A stretch of 64,000 nucleotides of DNA. It comes from Heptranchias perlo (Eukaryota). Shown here in pieces: positions 1 to 16,132 of this stretch. The stretch spans positions 372,001 to 436,000 of the forward strand of contig NW_027138892.1 in NCBI RefSeq assembly GCF_035084215.1, given 5' to 3'. The notes under the pieces were generated by a model. That model had not been told where the DNA came from, did no database searches, and worked only from the letters and a program-made list of their open reading frames with translations. The stretch's first letter is position 1; every line of letters starts with the position of its first letter. The position numbers were made by a program, and so were the translations under genes.

Positions 1-2900
1 AAGCCGACATCGCGGAGGAACGGATTCCCGAGCAGCGGCTCCTGCAGGACGGCCGCTACCCCCGACGGGCGAGAGCTCCGGCTGGAGGCGACCATGGTCC
101 AGACCCTGAGCAGATCCTGGTACAAGACAGGCAGCTCCTGCAAAGACGTGCGGCCGCCCACCAGCGAGACGAACAGGAGCTGCGTGTCGTAGTTCAGGCC
201 GTGCAGCTGGCGGAAAAAATACGTCGCCAGCGCACGCCATCTAAGAGGACGCTCCGCGTACAGGTATCGCTGCAGCATCCGAAGGCGGAAAGTTGCCACC
301 TGGGTGCGGACGCACACCAGCCCCTGACCGCCCTCCCTAAGCGGGAGACTCAGGACCGCGGCAGCGACCCAGTGCATCCCTTTGGCCCAGAAGAAGTCGA
401 CGAACTTCCTCTGAATCTTGGCGACAAAATCAGGGGGGGGGGTCAAAGGAACCAACCGGTACCACAACATGGCGGCCACCAGCTGGTTTATGACCAGCAC
501 TCGACCCCTGTAGGATAACACTCGGAGCAGTCCTGTCCAGCGCGCCAGGCGAGCGGTGACTTTGGCCTCCAGCTCTACCCAGTTCGCCGGCCAGGCTTCC
601 TCGGCAGGGCCGAGGTAGACTCCCAGGTACCGGAGGTGCGTGGTGCTCCAGGCGAAAGCCCTGAGCTCCTCCGGCATGGAGTCCACCCGCCACTGACCCA
701 CCAGGAGTCCGGAACATTTCTCCCAGTTGATTCTTGCGGAGGACGCGGCAGAGTAGACCTCTTGGCACTCGCGCATTCTCCGCAAGTCAAGGGGATCGGT
801 GACCATGAGGAGCACGTCGTCGGCGTAAGCCGAAAGGACGACCTCCACGCCCGGCTCGAGCAGAGCCAGTCCCGACAGCCTCTTTCGCAAGAGGTGCAGG
901 AAAGGCTCTACGCAGATGGTATATAATTGGCCGGACATGGGGCACCCCTGACGCACTCCTCTCCCGAAGCGAAGGGGCGCCGTCAAGGATCCGTTAACCT
1001 TAATCAGACACTCCGCGGCGGCGTACAGAAGTCGGATCCGGGCGACGAAATGCGACCCGAATCCGAAAGCGCGCAGAGTCCCGAATAGATACTCGTGATC
1101 CACCCTGTCGAACGCCTTCTCCTGATCCAAGGAAAGGAAGGCGACCGACAGACCAGCCCTCTGGGAATGGTGGATCAGGTCCCGGACCAGGTGGATGTTA
1201 TCGTGGATCGTCCGGCCCGGGACCGTGTAGGACTGGTCGGGGTGGATCATGTGGTCCAGCACGGTGCCGAGGCGAGCAGACATCGCCCTGGCGAAGACCT
1301 TATAATCCGTGCTGAGGAGGGAGACCGGGCGCCAGTTTTTAAGGTTGCGGAGATCCCCCTTCTTAGGCAGCAGGACCACGACCGCCCTGCGCCACGAAAG
1401 GGGCATCTCCCCGGTCGCCAGACATTCCCCCAGGACCCGCGCGTAGTCGCCCCCCAGGACGTCCCAGAAGGCCCTGAGGAACTCCACGGTCAGCCCGTCC
1501 AGCCCCGGGGATTTGCCCCTAGAGAGCTGGTGGAGGGCGCCGGTCAGCTCCGCCAAACTGAGCGGAGCGTCCAGACGCTCGGCGTCCTCCGGGCCGACCT
1601 TCGGCAAGTCCTCCCACAAAACTCTGCGCGCCTCCTCGCTGGACGGATCCGGAGAGAACAGAGCCTCGTAGTAAGATCGAGCACGGGCCCTGACTCCCTC
1701 CGGGTCCGAGACGAGGGACCCGTCGTCGGCCAGCAGCGTAAGGAGCTGCTTACGAGCCCCCCGCCGCTTTTCCAGCGAGTAGAAGAAGGGAGAGCCGCGG
1801 TCCAGGTCCCGCAGGAGCTGGAGCCGCGACCTCACGTACGCTCCTCGGGACCCGACCAGTTGCAGGTCCCTCAGAGCGTCCTTCTTCTCTTCGTACACCT
1901 GCCGCAGGGCCGGATCCTCGGCGGCCTGACCGAGACGGGACTCCAGGCCAAGCACCTCCTGCTCCAACCGCCTGACCTCGGACTCCCGCCTCTTAGTCGA
2001 CCCCCTCGCGTACTCTTGACAGAAGAGGCGGACGTGAGCCTTGCCCACGTCCCACCATAGCCTCAAGGAGGAGAAGCCTCCCCGCTTCCCTCTCCAGTCG
2101 CTCCAGAACAGACGGAACGAGTCCCGGAACCGCGCGTCCTCCAGCAGCCGGTTGTTAAAGTGCCAGTACGCGGACCCCGACCGGGCGCGGAGCAGAGCGA
2201 GCTCCATCCACACCAGGTGGTGGTCCGAGCACGACACCGGCTGGATGGAGGCAGACGGGACGCAGGAGGCGTACGCCCGCGAAACGTACAGGCGGTCGAT
2301 TCTGGTGCTCCCCCCTCCGGCCCTCACAAAGGTGAACTGGCCGGAGTCGGGATGGAGATTCCGCCAGACGTCCACCAAGTCGAAGGACCCGACCAGGTCC
2401 CTCAACTTCTCCGTCGCCGTTCGGGCACGCGCGGGACCGGAGCGGTCCCTCGCCTCGAGGGTACGGTTAAAATCCCCCCCGAGGATAATGCACTCGCCGG
2501 CGTCGACGGAGTTTAGGTAAGTGGACACTTCTTCAAAGAAGCTCACTTGCTCGCCCTCGGACCAGGGGGCGTACACGTTCACCAGGTGAAGCGGCACGTC
2601 CCCGTGGCGAAGGGCTACGTGGAGCAAGCGGCCCGGCACCGGCTCCTTGACCCCCAAGATCTCCGGCTGAAAAGTCGGGGCCAACAAGATGGCCACCCCG
2701 CTCGAAACGCTGGCGAGGTGACTCAAGTAGACCCCCCCTCCCCATTCCAGGATCCACGTGGCCTCGTCTCCCGGAACGGTGTGGGTTTCCTGCAGAAAGC
2801 ACACCGCATACTTCCCGTCCCGAAGGACCGAGAACTTGTCAAATCTACGGCGGGCGTCTCTGCCGCCGTTGATGTTGAGGCTGGCTATGGTTATCTCCAT
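1..2900 (-). CDS. Tx1 ORF2p (APE endonuclease + reverse transcriptase), running off the window edge
   Basis: ATG at 2900: MEITIASLNING...FLQETH...VNVYAP...ILGGDFN; RT motif SAYADD at about 830-813. Frame checked at 2900, 827 and 5 and is the same. The ORF track lists no stop-terminated ORF from this ATG, consistent with an open frame. Confidence 0.9.
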   Translation of the reverse strand, partial: MEITIASLNINGGRDARRRFDKFSVLRDGKYAVCFLQETHTVPGDEATWILEWGGGVYLSHLASVSSGVAILLAPTFQPEILGVKEPVPGRLLHVALRHGDVPLHLVNVYAPWSEGEQVSFFEEVSTYLNSVDAGECIILGGDFNRTLEARDRSGPARARTATEKLRDLVGSFDLVDVWRNLHPDSGQFTFVRAGGGSTRIDRLYVSRAYASCVPSASIQPVSCSDHHLVWMELALLRARSGSAYWHFNNRLLEDARFRDSFRLFWSDWRGKRGGFSSLRLWWDVGKAHVRLFCQEYARGSTKRRESEVRRLEQEVLGLESRLGQAAEDPALRQVYEEKKDALRDLQLVGSRGAYVRSRLQLLRDLDRGSPFFYSLEKRRGARKQLLTLLADDGSLVSDPEGVRARARSYYEALFSPDPSSEEARRVLWEDLPKVGPEDAERLDAPLSLAELTGALHQLSRGKSPGLDGLTVEFLRAFWDVLGGDYARVLGECLATGEMPLSWRRAVVVLLPKKGDLRNLKNWRPVSLLSTDYKVFARAMSARLGTVLDHMIHPDQSYTVPGRTIHDNIHLVRDLIHHSQRAGLSVAFLSLDQEKAFDRVDHEYLFGTLRAFGFGSHFVARIRLLYAAAECLIKVNGSLTAPLRFGRGVRQGCPMSGQLYTICVEPFLHLLRKRLSGLALLEPGVEVVLSAYADDVLLMVTDPLDLRRMRECQEVYSAASSARINWEKCSGLLVGQWRVDSMPEELRAFAWSTTHLRYLGVYLGPAEEAWPANWVELEAKVTARLARWTGLLRVLSYRGRVLVINQLVAAMLWYRLVPLTPPPDFVAKIQRKFVDFFWAKGMHWVAAAVLSLPLREGGQGLVCVRTQVATFRLRMLQRYLYAERPLRWRALATYFFRQLHGLNYDTQLLFVSLVGGRTSLQELPVLYQDLLRVWTMVASSRSSRPSGVAAVLQEPLLGNPFLRDVG

Positions 2901-2929
2901 GGCAAGAGCACAGCGCAACCTACTTAAAC

Positions 2930-4972
2930 CTAATGCGCGGAGGGAGCGGGGCCGCTAGTCGACCGCCACTCGCTCAAGAGCCCGGTGAGGAGGGATCTGA
3001 GCCGACGCAGCCCGACCCCGCCGTCGTCCCCTTCCGCGGCCACGGACGCGACGGCGGCCAGGACCGAGCGGATTAACTGCGCCGGCTCCGACCAACGGTC
3101 GAGGGCCAGCCGGACGCCATCGCGACGATGGCTCCAAACGGACACAAAATCCCGGAGTTCCTCAACGGGGATGAGGGGAGACTCGGTGTCGGGCACGAGG
3201 GCGTCCACCACCTCACTGGTGGCGAACTCCAAATCCTCCCCAGTGCCCACCACCGAGTCCCCGACCTCCTCCGGATCATCGTCGCCCGCGGCCGACCCAC
3301 TCCCCGCACAGGGTGCGGAGAACGAGACGGCCGCGCCGGCCAGCCCCGCCTCTGTCACGATCCCACCCCCCGGATCGTCGGCAGAGGAGTCCCCCCCGGG
3401 CTCTACCGGGGGCTCCGGGTCAGAGGGCGGCGCCGGGCGGGGACCCTCCCCATTCTCCGGGCGGTGAAAAACAGGCACCCGGATATAGGGGCAAACCGGG
3501 GAAACCGGGGAGAACGTGTACTCCAGTTCTCCCACCTCCCCCGGCTCCGTGCCCAGATACTGGGAGGAGGGGGTCCCCCCACCCACGTCGCCACCGACCG
3601 ACCCGGCCGGTGAGATGTTTTTATTAAACCCCGCCACCAGGTCGAGCAGGTCCTGGGAGAGGTCGAGCCGGGGGCAGACGAATCCGGCCTCTTCGGCCTC
3701 GCCCACCCCGGCACCCAGGACGCCCGACCCGGTGAACAGGGTAGTGTCGGGTAAATGCGGATCCGCGACCCCCCCTATCGGCGGGGTCTCTCCATCCCCC
3801 CCGGGAGGCACGGGCACGATCTCCTCCCCCCGAGAGGTGGATGACCCCCGCCGCTGTTCGGATGTCACGGGCGGGGCCGCAGGATCCGCGACCGGCACCG
3901 ACTCCCCTTCCACGGGGGGCCGTCCCTTAGCAGGGAGCCCGTTCGCTTCCGGGGAGTGGTGCCTCTTTTTCTTCCAGGAGGGTCGCGGAGGGAGGGGGGA
4001 CTCCATGTCTGCTGGGACCCCCGCCTCCGCTCCCTCCTGATCACCCGCCAGCCCGGGCTCTGTCGCGACCGCGAGATGTTGACTGGCCGCGGTCACGGCC
4101 TCGGGCTGACTGAGATCTTCTCTGTCCCGGGGACCAGCCTCTAGATTCTTCCTCTTTCTCCGCGCCTTTCTCTGGCGAGGGTTCCCCTCCTCCCCCCTGG
4201 CGGAGGCCTCGACGCCAACCTCCACCCGCGCAGTTGACTCTCCCGACGCGGGGGCGGGGTTGGGGGGAGGAGCGGTGGCGGCGCCAGCCCCGGCCGCCGT
4301 AGCTGTTTTGGCGGCCTGAGAGGCAGGGCAGTTCCTCTTCAGGTGCCCCACCTCCTTACAGGCATGGCACCGCCCACCCTCTGCCGTCCAAAAGACGCGG
4401 TAAGGGGTCCCCTCGTGGAGGGCGTTAAAGCCCCCCTCCGTAACCTCCTCCCGTGCCAGCTTGACGAATGCCTGGCGACGGAAGGAGTAAACATGCCGGA
4501 GGCTGTTCTCCCTGAGTCCGAGCGGCAGCGGCGTTACCCCCGACCTCACCTCCCCCAGTTGACGTAGGTGGGGGAGGAGGAGCTCGTCCGACAGGAAAGG
4601 CGGGACGTTAGATAAAATGACCCGCTGCGCGGTGGCCTCCAGCGGGTCCACCGGCAGGAAGGTCCCGCCCACCGTGAGCCCCTTACTAAGGGCCAGGGAC
4701 ACCGCCCGCTCGGACCTCAGGAAGAACACCGCCCTCCCGTACATTTTTGAGGCCGCGACGATGGCCGAGGGGCCGACAACCTCGGCCATGGCCTTTACGC
4801 AGGCCTCAATGGTCATGTTGGGGTGGGCGTAGCTCTTCACCCCATGCTTCCTCGTAATGAGGCGGAAAGGCGCCGGCCCAGCAGGAGCGGCACGAACTGT
4901 AGGAGCGGCCCCCGAGGTAACCGCCGCATACGTCCTGCTGGGTCCCGGCACCGGCGAAGATGGTGAAGCCAT
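2930..4972 (-). CDS. Tx1 ORF1p (nucleic-acid-binding, zinc knuckle), 680 aa
   Basis: Tx1-type N-terminal motifs (ASKMYGRAVFFL, RVILSNVPPF, HVYSFRRQ), CHACKEVGHLKRNC (CX2CX4HX4C), then a low-complexity acidic/Pro-rich region. Confidence 0.92.
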   Translation of the reverse strand: MASPSSPVPGPSRTYAAVTSGAAPTVRAAPAGPAPFRLITRKHGVKSYAHPNMTIEACVKAMAEVVGPSAIVAASKMYGRAVFFLRSERAVSLALSKGLTVGGTFLPVDPLEATAQRVILSNVPPFLSDELLLPHLRQLGEVRSGVTPLPLGLRENSLRHVYSFRRQAFVKLAREEVTEGGFNALHEGTPYRVFWTAEGGRCHACKEVGHLKRNCPASQAAKTATAAGAGAATAPPPNPAPASGESTARVEVGVEASARGEEGNPRQRKARRKRKNLEAGPRDREDLSQPEAVTAASQHLAVATEPGLAGDQEGAEAGVPADMESPLPPRPSWKKKRHHSPEANGLPAKGRPPVEGESVPVADPAAPPVTSEQRRGSSTSRGEEIVPVPPGGDGETPPIGGVADPHLPDTTLFTGSGVLGAGVGEAEEAGFVCPRLDLSQDLLDLVAGFNKNISPAGSVGGDVGGGTPSSQYLGTEPGEVGELEYTFSPVSPVCPYIRVPVFHRPENGEGPRPAPPSDPEPPVEPGGDSSADDPGGGIVTEAGLAGAAVSFSAPCAGSGSAAGDDDPEEVGDSVVGTGEDLEFATSEVVDALVPDTESPLIPVEELRDFVSVWSHRRDGVRLALDRWSEPAQLIRSVLAAVASVAAEGDDGGVGLRRLRSLLTGLLSEWRSTSGPAPSAH

Positions 4973-5669
4973 GACCTAAAGAGCCACACCCACCCCAAGT
5001 CTCAGGCCTTTGGATGGAAATTGGCCTTTTTTTAAAAGAATTCTTGAGGATACCTCTCTCCCCGAATCCCAGTGCTTGGTTGGGAGAGGGCCCCTTTGTT
5101 GTTTTTATATATTCCCAGAATACCCCGGAGAGCAAGGGAATATCCCAGAGAGCAGGAGAAGGTGGGAGGGATGGATGGCAGAATGGGAAGGAGGGAGTCT
5201 GCAGGGGTAGGCTGCTGCAGAAGTGGGTGGAAGAGGGGCGGGGTTGCACCTTAAAAGGTGGATCCTCTTCTGCCTGTCTTCCGGTGGGCAGGGGGAGGAG
5301 ATGTCTTCCCCTAGACAGCTGGAGCTGCCTAGGCTCAGTCCTCCAAAGATTTGAAAAAGAAAGTAACTTCACCCAGGCAGCTCCAGCTGTCCCGGGCCAG
5401 ACACTTGGGGGGGACCCCTGTCCTCTGAAGTCTTCTTCCTCCCCCTACCTTCAGCCGACACACCTCACTGCACCGACCACCTCTTCCTCCCACTGGTTGG
5501 TGCTCTTTTTCTCCTTCTCCCTCCCTCCTTGTTGATGGTGGTTTCTCCTTCTTTCTCCTTCTCCTTCTCCCCAAGGGACCCAGGCAAGGGCCTGCTCTCT
5601 CTGCTCTCCACTCCACTCAGTGGCAGTCCAGCCACAAACACCTCCAAGGCCTTGCTGGTCTGTATTGCA

Positions 5670-5835
5670 AAGCTCTGATTGGCTCTGGATATCAATCTCT
5701 CCCCCAGAGCCCTGTCCTTTGTTAATTGGTGCCTGGATTCATGGAAGATTCCTGATTGGCTATCAGGGATTGTCAATCATCATTGGTGCTGTCCATTCCT
5801 GGTTTAAATGCAGGCTGTCCCAGCAGTATAAATAC
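5670..5835 (+). promoter_or_regulatory. Ferritin gene A promoter: four inverted CCAAT (ATTGG/Y-box-like) motifs and TATAAATA
   Basis: CTGATTGGCT at about 5675 and 5752, ATTGG at about 5725 and 5782, TATAAATA at 5827. Confidence 0.7.
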
Positions 5836-5915
5836 AAGAGCTTGTGAGGGAAGAGGTTAGGTTGTTTCATGCAGTGGTGTTTGAAGTGAGGTTTCTGTTA
5901 ACAGTAAAAGTTAAG

Positions 5916-8140
<2,225 letters not shown>

Positions 8141-10130
8141 CTGGACTGTTGTCCATGTTGCAGATATTCAACTTGTGTATTGAAGTTTTATGTTGCCATC
8201 TCTCTGAACTGGGAATGGAATTCCAAGTCTAAGATTAACTTCCAAACATTGTAGTTGAGTGTTCTTGCAGCTGAAATAAAACATTTTGATGTTGAGCTGG
8301 TTCCTTTTCTTCAGTAATTCAGCACATTCTAACACCAATGCACGTGGCCTTGCGTCAAACAAAAAAAAATTCTAAGAAATAGGTTGTCACCGTGATAAAA
8401 TCTGATTTGTTTGGGCACATGGATGTTTTAACCCCTTCCCCTCCAGAAGACTTAATTTGGTTTTGTAGCAGCCTAGGATGGCCATCAGGCCAAAATTAGA
8501 TTTGTACCTAACAGCTTTCAATATTTGGTGTTCTGTAGTAGAGATTAAAATGTAATCTGATTCCAGTAAGACCTCTTCCTTCACATAGGCTTGAATCCCT
8601 TTTGGAGAGTGTGCATTTTTTTATTACTATTCGTTCATGGGATGTGGGCATCAATGGTGATTACAGTAGTTAACCTTCTGAATAAACAACCCCACACATT
8701 GCTGCTGACTTGTCCATTGTAGGACATGAGGGAAGTGTTCCCTGAAGCAGGTATTCAAATTTAAGTAGTTACAAAAATCCTGGAGCAAAGTAAGACCAAA
8801 TCTCCAATTGTTCCTGCTAGGGTTAACTGGCTCTTTCCTCCTTCTCTTCAGCCCATCTTTTTCTTCCTGTGCAGAACTTTGGTCCAGCTCCTGCTATTTG
8901 TTTCAATCTCAATTTTTATTTTCCAGTCTCTGTTCACCTCATGCTCCTTTTATATCCTGGACCCCATAGCCTCTAAAATACTTCCATTTGCTGTTGCAAA
9001 TCTAAGAGCCCCTCTAAGTTTCCCTTGCTGGATTCTGTTTCATTAAACAGTTCTTGCCCCATTCCCCTCTCCTTGCGAATACAATCTTTGTGTAATCTTA
9101 TTTGGCCTGGAACCAAATAACACTAGATCCCAATTGCCAAAACTGCCACTTATAAGTCTACTGAAGAGTTGGAGAATAGAGCCATCTAATTAAAGGCTCA
9201 ACCACCAACGACTTGGTCTGTTTAAAGCTTTAACTGAGTTTGCACCAGTGATGTTCAGGTTATTCTCACACAGGGATCATATGATCAGATCAGTCCATCG
9301 ACCCCACTTTTCGTTGCTTCATCTTTCCTTCACTAGGTTCCACCTTTGATTTTTTAGCCTGCTGTTTGTTGTTGATCCGACAGTATTCTGATGTGATCTG
9401 GAACACAAAATATCCACGGGGCCCCATCCTTCCCTGACCGGATTTCGGGAAATATCAGTAACTCCCCTTTCTAATGAGAAAATTCACCACTCGACTCTTT
9501 CCACTTGGTGTTTGACTGTCCAAAAAGTACAAGAGATTAATCATTGAAACAAGGGATTACCAAACCCAGGAAATACCAGATAGTCTGTTCACCACTGTCG
9601 CTCACTGTATATACAACCAACACTACACACAGTGTTTGCCTCTCACCGCAATCCCTCCCAACACCAACCCCCCCCCCCCCCAAATCCCTTCAGTCAATGG
9701 TCCACAGTCTCTTCCCCGTGGAGTGCTCTGCATTTTATTGTTTGTAAAATGTCATGATGACAAAACAAGAACTCAACATGCCGTGGCCCCCTTCACTTTC
9801 CAGCCGATGTGTGTACAGATGCTCACTGACCCTAGAATTGATGGAGTATTGAAGGACTTGTGTTTAACACGTTCATCACACCCACTTTCCATTCGCCTGA
9901 CTCGCTGTTGGTTGCTGTTCACAGGCTCTGATCTGTTTGGATGTTGCCTCAAACCCGCAGCTACTTGCCAAATAACCAACTCACGGATCCATCCAGAATT
10001 ATTCAAAGACACTGACCCGCAAACAACAATTAAACCTGTGGTTCTGGATCTTTGAACCGTCACGATCACTGACCATAACCGATGGGATGGGGGCAGATCC
10101 ACCAATTGACAATTTGGTCCATTATGGTCA

Positions 10131-10400
10131 AGTGCCCGGGTGGCCCCGGAGAGGGAGCATGTGGTGTCCACCGTTACGCTTGATGCCTTCCGCGACCGCT
10201 GGGCACCGCAGGGTATAGACTGTCTTTCAGACATCAATAATAGAATCCTGATTTAATTGGGAAAGTATCCTGTTGTTTTTGGTGGCACTTGATGCTTATT
10301 TTGGTATCTTTTCAGTTTGATTGGACCATCCAATATTAGTGGTGCCCTGAGAGGGTCACTTGTGATGGTTTATGTTTGGTGACCCTGGGGCAACCCAGAG
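10131..10400 (+). mobile_element. Tx1 3' fragment (older subfamily)
   Basis: Encodes a degenerate ORF2 C-terminus (ARVAPEREHVVSTVTLDAFRDRWAPQG...ILI*), homologous to 51995-52119. The 3' boundary is approximate. Confidence 0.75.
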
Positions 10401-10502
10401 TCTCCCTTATTGGTCCATCAAAGAAAGGTCGATTATGGTCAAGAATATGGTCACGATCACATTTTTTTTTCTTTGGAGTGTGGGATGGAAGAGCAGCCAT
10501 GG

Positions 10503-10678
10503 TTTTTTTGCTTTTCCTTTTTTTTGTGTTTTAGGCCCCCCTTTTATTAGAAGGGGAGGGGGGGTTGGTTGTGTTTATGTGCAGTAAATCAATAAACCCA
10601 AAATAAGTGTCAAATTATAATTTTATTACATCGATCCAGGATGCACTCCAGTCCCTGCGGTGCCCACCGGTCACGGAA
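10503..10678 (-). mobile_element. 5'-truncated Tx1 3' end with terminal hairpin and A-rich tail
   Basis: Reverse complement reads FRDRWAPQGLECILD..., followed by the CCCCTTC-(T/A)ATAAAA-GGGGGGCCTAAAA motif and a tail. Confidence 0.85.
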
Positions 10679-10699
10679 ACAGATTTTACAGTTTGAGGA

Positions 10700-10900
10700 A
10701 AGTCAAAGCAATTGGATCTTTATTGAATTGTCAGCCAATGATGCTCCTCCTTCAAAGTTCTGACTGGCTCTGGGTGTCATCTCCCTTCCTCCCTTTTCTT
10801 GATTGGTGTTCTGAGAAAGGATGTAATTTCTGATTGGGTATTGCCAACTGTCACTCATCATCTAGGCTGCCACGCCCAGGATTAACCAGCAGTATAAATA
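10700..10900 (+). promoter_or_regulatory. Ferritin gene B promoter (multiple CCAAT boxes + TATA)
   Basis: ATTGG/CCAAT at about 10711, 10735, 10802, 10833. CCAGCAGTATAAATA at 10887-10900, shared with the gene A core promoter. Confidence 0.7.
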
Positions 10901-10974
10901 TGGAGCTTTGGGTGGCTGTTTTTCAGTTTCGTGCTTCAATAGAGTTGTTTAGTTTTGTTAAAGTTAATTTAAAG

Positions 10975-13542
<2,568 letters not shown>

Positions 13543-14899
13543 ACTGACTGCAGGGATAAAGCTTATTGTTCAGTACTCCTGTTTATAGTCTGAAGAACCC
13601 CTATCCTGTAGCAATGGTGACTTTGTACTAAGAGCTCTGAGACCTGGGCTCTTGATGTGAAATGTAATAGTAACTGGAAATAAACTGTTACAGAAGACTG
13701 GGTTTTGGCTCCTTGTAAATTGAGTGAATGCTTATTTTTCAGATTAACATAATTCAGCTGTTGTAACAAATTACATTGGGCTATGTATTGGCTTTAGGGT
13801 GAGATTCTGCCCTATGACATTTTTTCTTCTGGGGTCATATCAATGTAGTGACTTGGGTGTTGAGGGCCAATGTGTCTGCCTTGAGTGTAAATTGTATTTA
13901 TGCAGTAAAATGATTACTGCTGATTTCAATGCAAAGAACAATACAGTAATGAGTTACTGTTCCTATTAGTACTGCATATTATCAACTGTTTAACTCATTA
14001 ATGATGCAAAATCAGCTGCTGTAACATTTTGTTCCAATAAAACACAAGGAAAGTGAACTAGTAATTTCAGTCCAACAGGCAATTTTTTAAGAATAGTATC
14101 TGCCTGGGGAAGAACAATCCAGATGCTTTTTTTTCCAAAGATGCTACAGACCTCAGTAGGTAGTTGGGGTAGCTTATGAAATCACTCACTATTACTCCTA
14201 ATAAACTGTTTGTTTGGAGTCAAATAGGTCTCATATGGGGGAGTGCAGGTTCCCTGTTTGTCTATTTCCCTTCATTTTCATCTTCTGCCCCCCAACCCCC
14301 TGTTAATCTCCCCCATGAATAATAAATTGGGTATGGTACAGAAAAAATACCTCGAACTAAACTCCAGCAAACAAAATCTTCCTTCTGGGAGACGTAGTAA
14401 ATGCACTAAACAACTAACTTGAACCATTAAGTTGAATAGATAAGGCTCCTAAACTCTTCCATACCACTACTGTTCCATCAATTCATAAACCCAATATAAG
14501 CAGCTCATCCATAAATCTATCAATTTGTATTTATCCCATTGTGCAGTTAATACTAGATTACAATTCTAAATTCTACTGGATCACCATTTCATTTAAACCA
14601 AGTTAAATAGATATTTTGCCTGAAACTCCACATCCCAATGCCATCAATTCATAAACACAATACAATCAGCTCCTCCATAAATGTGTCGATTTGCCTGTCG
14701 TTCTATTGTGTGTTCCATACCAAATTGTAATCAACCTTTCCAAATCCTATGGGTTCTCCATTCATCTCCTTCACCCCTATGAATGGATTCAAATGTTGAT
14801 GCTGTAGCTGTAATTATCCAGTGTTTCCAAGTGAAGTTTAGGAACTTGTGACTTGCACTGGGTGTGATAGAATTGCCGTCTTCAGTCAGTCCATGTTAA

Positions 14900-15210
14900 T
14901 ATCTTTATATTGATGGAGTAAATAAGGGGAAACTGATTCCAGTAGCAGACCGGTTAGTAACCAGCAAACACAGATTTAAGGTGATTGGTAAAAGAACCAG
15001 AAGTGACACGAAACTTTTTTCAGTGTTCTGATCTGGAATGCATTGCCTCATCGGGTGGTGGAAGCAGATTTAATAACTTTCAAAAGGAAATTGGATAAAT
15101 ACTTGAAGGGGGAAAGAGCAGGGGATTGGGACTAATTGGATAGCTCTTTCAAAGAGGCAGCATAGGCACAATGGGCTGAATGGCTTCTTTCTGTGCTGTA
15201 ATAGTAGGAT
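14900..15210 (+). mobile_element. CR1-type LINE 3' fragment
   Basis: Typical CR1 3' end (...ttggataaatacttgaag...gggctgaatggc...tctgtgctgt); mirrored at about 53190-53490. Confidence 0.7.
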
Positions 15211-15334
15211 ATTATGATCTCTAAAGGCACTTTTGGGATATCAATGTCACCACATTTCATACGTTGTTGAGCCATAATTTTACGAGTCAGTGTGGATTAT
15301 CTGGTAGCTTTGACTGCTGCATAGTTCGCACCTT

Positions 15335-15705
15335 TGAGGTGTAGTCACTGTTGTAAGGTAAGAAATGCGGCAGTCAATTTGCCTCCAGCAAGGACCCAAA
15401 AACAGCAATGAAATATTGACCTGATAATCTGTTTTAGTGATGTTAGTTGAGGGATCAATATTGGTCCAGATATTGGGGAGAACTCCGCTGCTCTTCCTCG
15501 AAATAGTGCTGTGGGATATTTTACGTCCACCTGAGAGAGCAGATGAGGCCTCGATTTAATATCACATCCAAAAGACGGCACCTCCGACAGTACAGCACTC
15601 CCTTAGTCAGCCTAGATTATGTGCTCAAGTCTCTAGATGATGACTTGAACCCACAACCTTCTGACTCTGAGGTGAGAGTGCTGCCACTGAGCCACAGCTG
15701 ACACA
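15335..15705 (-). mobile_element. tRNA-headed DeuSINE-like SINE (SacSINE1-like)
   Basis: A/B boxes (tggctcagtgg...ggttcaagtc) and a Deu-domain-like core ctgtcggaggtgccgtcttttggatg. Mirror copy at 52688-53060. Confidence 0.7.
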
Positions 15706-16132
15706 AATGGAGATGTTTGTGTGGGTGACATTGCATTCAGTAATCTTCACTGCCTCTCATTCTCGCTGAATATCCTGAATTTTACCAAACAACATTTCAT
15801 GAGAATCAAAACTAAAAATGATGCATCCCACAATGCTTTGCCCAGTTGATGCCCCCATGCTGCCAATCCTCAGACACACCCATTCTCTATATTAGAACTG
15901 GGGACGATTCACACCATCCATGGGATGGAATTTCCATTTCTCTGACCAATGGTGGTTTGCAAATTCACTCAAGACAACTTGATTGCTTTGAATATTGTCT
16001 CAACATCACAATCACTAACAAGTAATAAACTTGACCAGATTATGAAAAGCCACTTCAGTGAAAATATCAAATTATTATCAAATAATTCAAAGTTATGATT
16101 CCAAGAGATTGAAACAAAGAGAAACTTTCAGA

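Larger units (their letters stand above)
1..5622 (-). mobile_element. Tx1-clade (L1 superfamily) non-LTR retrotransposon, apparently intact; 3' end lies outside the window
   Basis: About 650 bp 5'UTR (homologous to 50918-51525), ORF1 with CCHC knuckle, ORF2 with APE endonuclease and RT. GC-rich compared with the host flank. The 5' boundary is approximate. Confidence 0.93.

Noticed and set aside
1095-4144. Long plus-strand ORFs (up to 321 aa) over the Tx1 element
   Set aside because: Antisense shadow frames of GC-rich ORF1/ORF2 with no recognisable domains.
5872-5877. CAGTGG as a functional IRE loop
   Set aside because: The flanks cannot form the 5-bp upper stem with a bulged C; reported only as a vestige.
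9636-10237. 139-154 aa ORFs conserved in both arms
   Set aside because: Conservation reflects the recent duplication. One is broken by a stop in the other arm and there are no recognisable motifs.
10480-10700. Shared target sequence or TSD for ferritin-promoter Tx1 insertions
   Set aside because: No TSD or common motif is visible at 5622, 10503/10678 or 63488/63562, so strict sequence specificity is not claimed.
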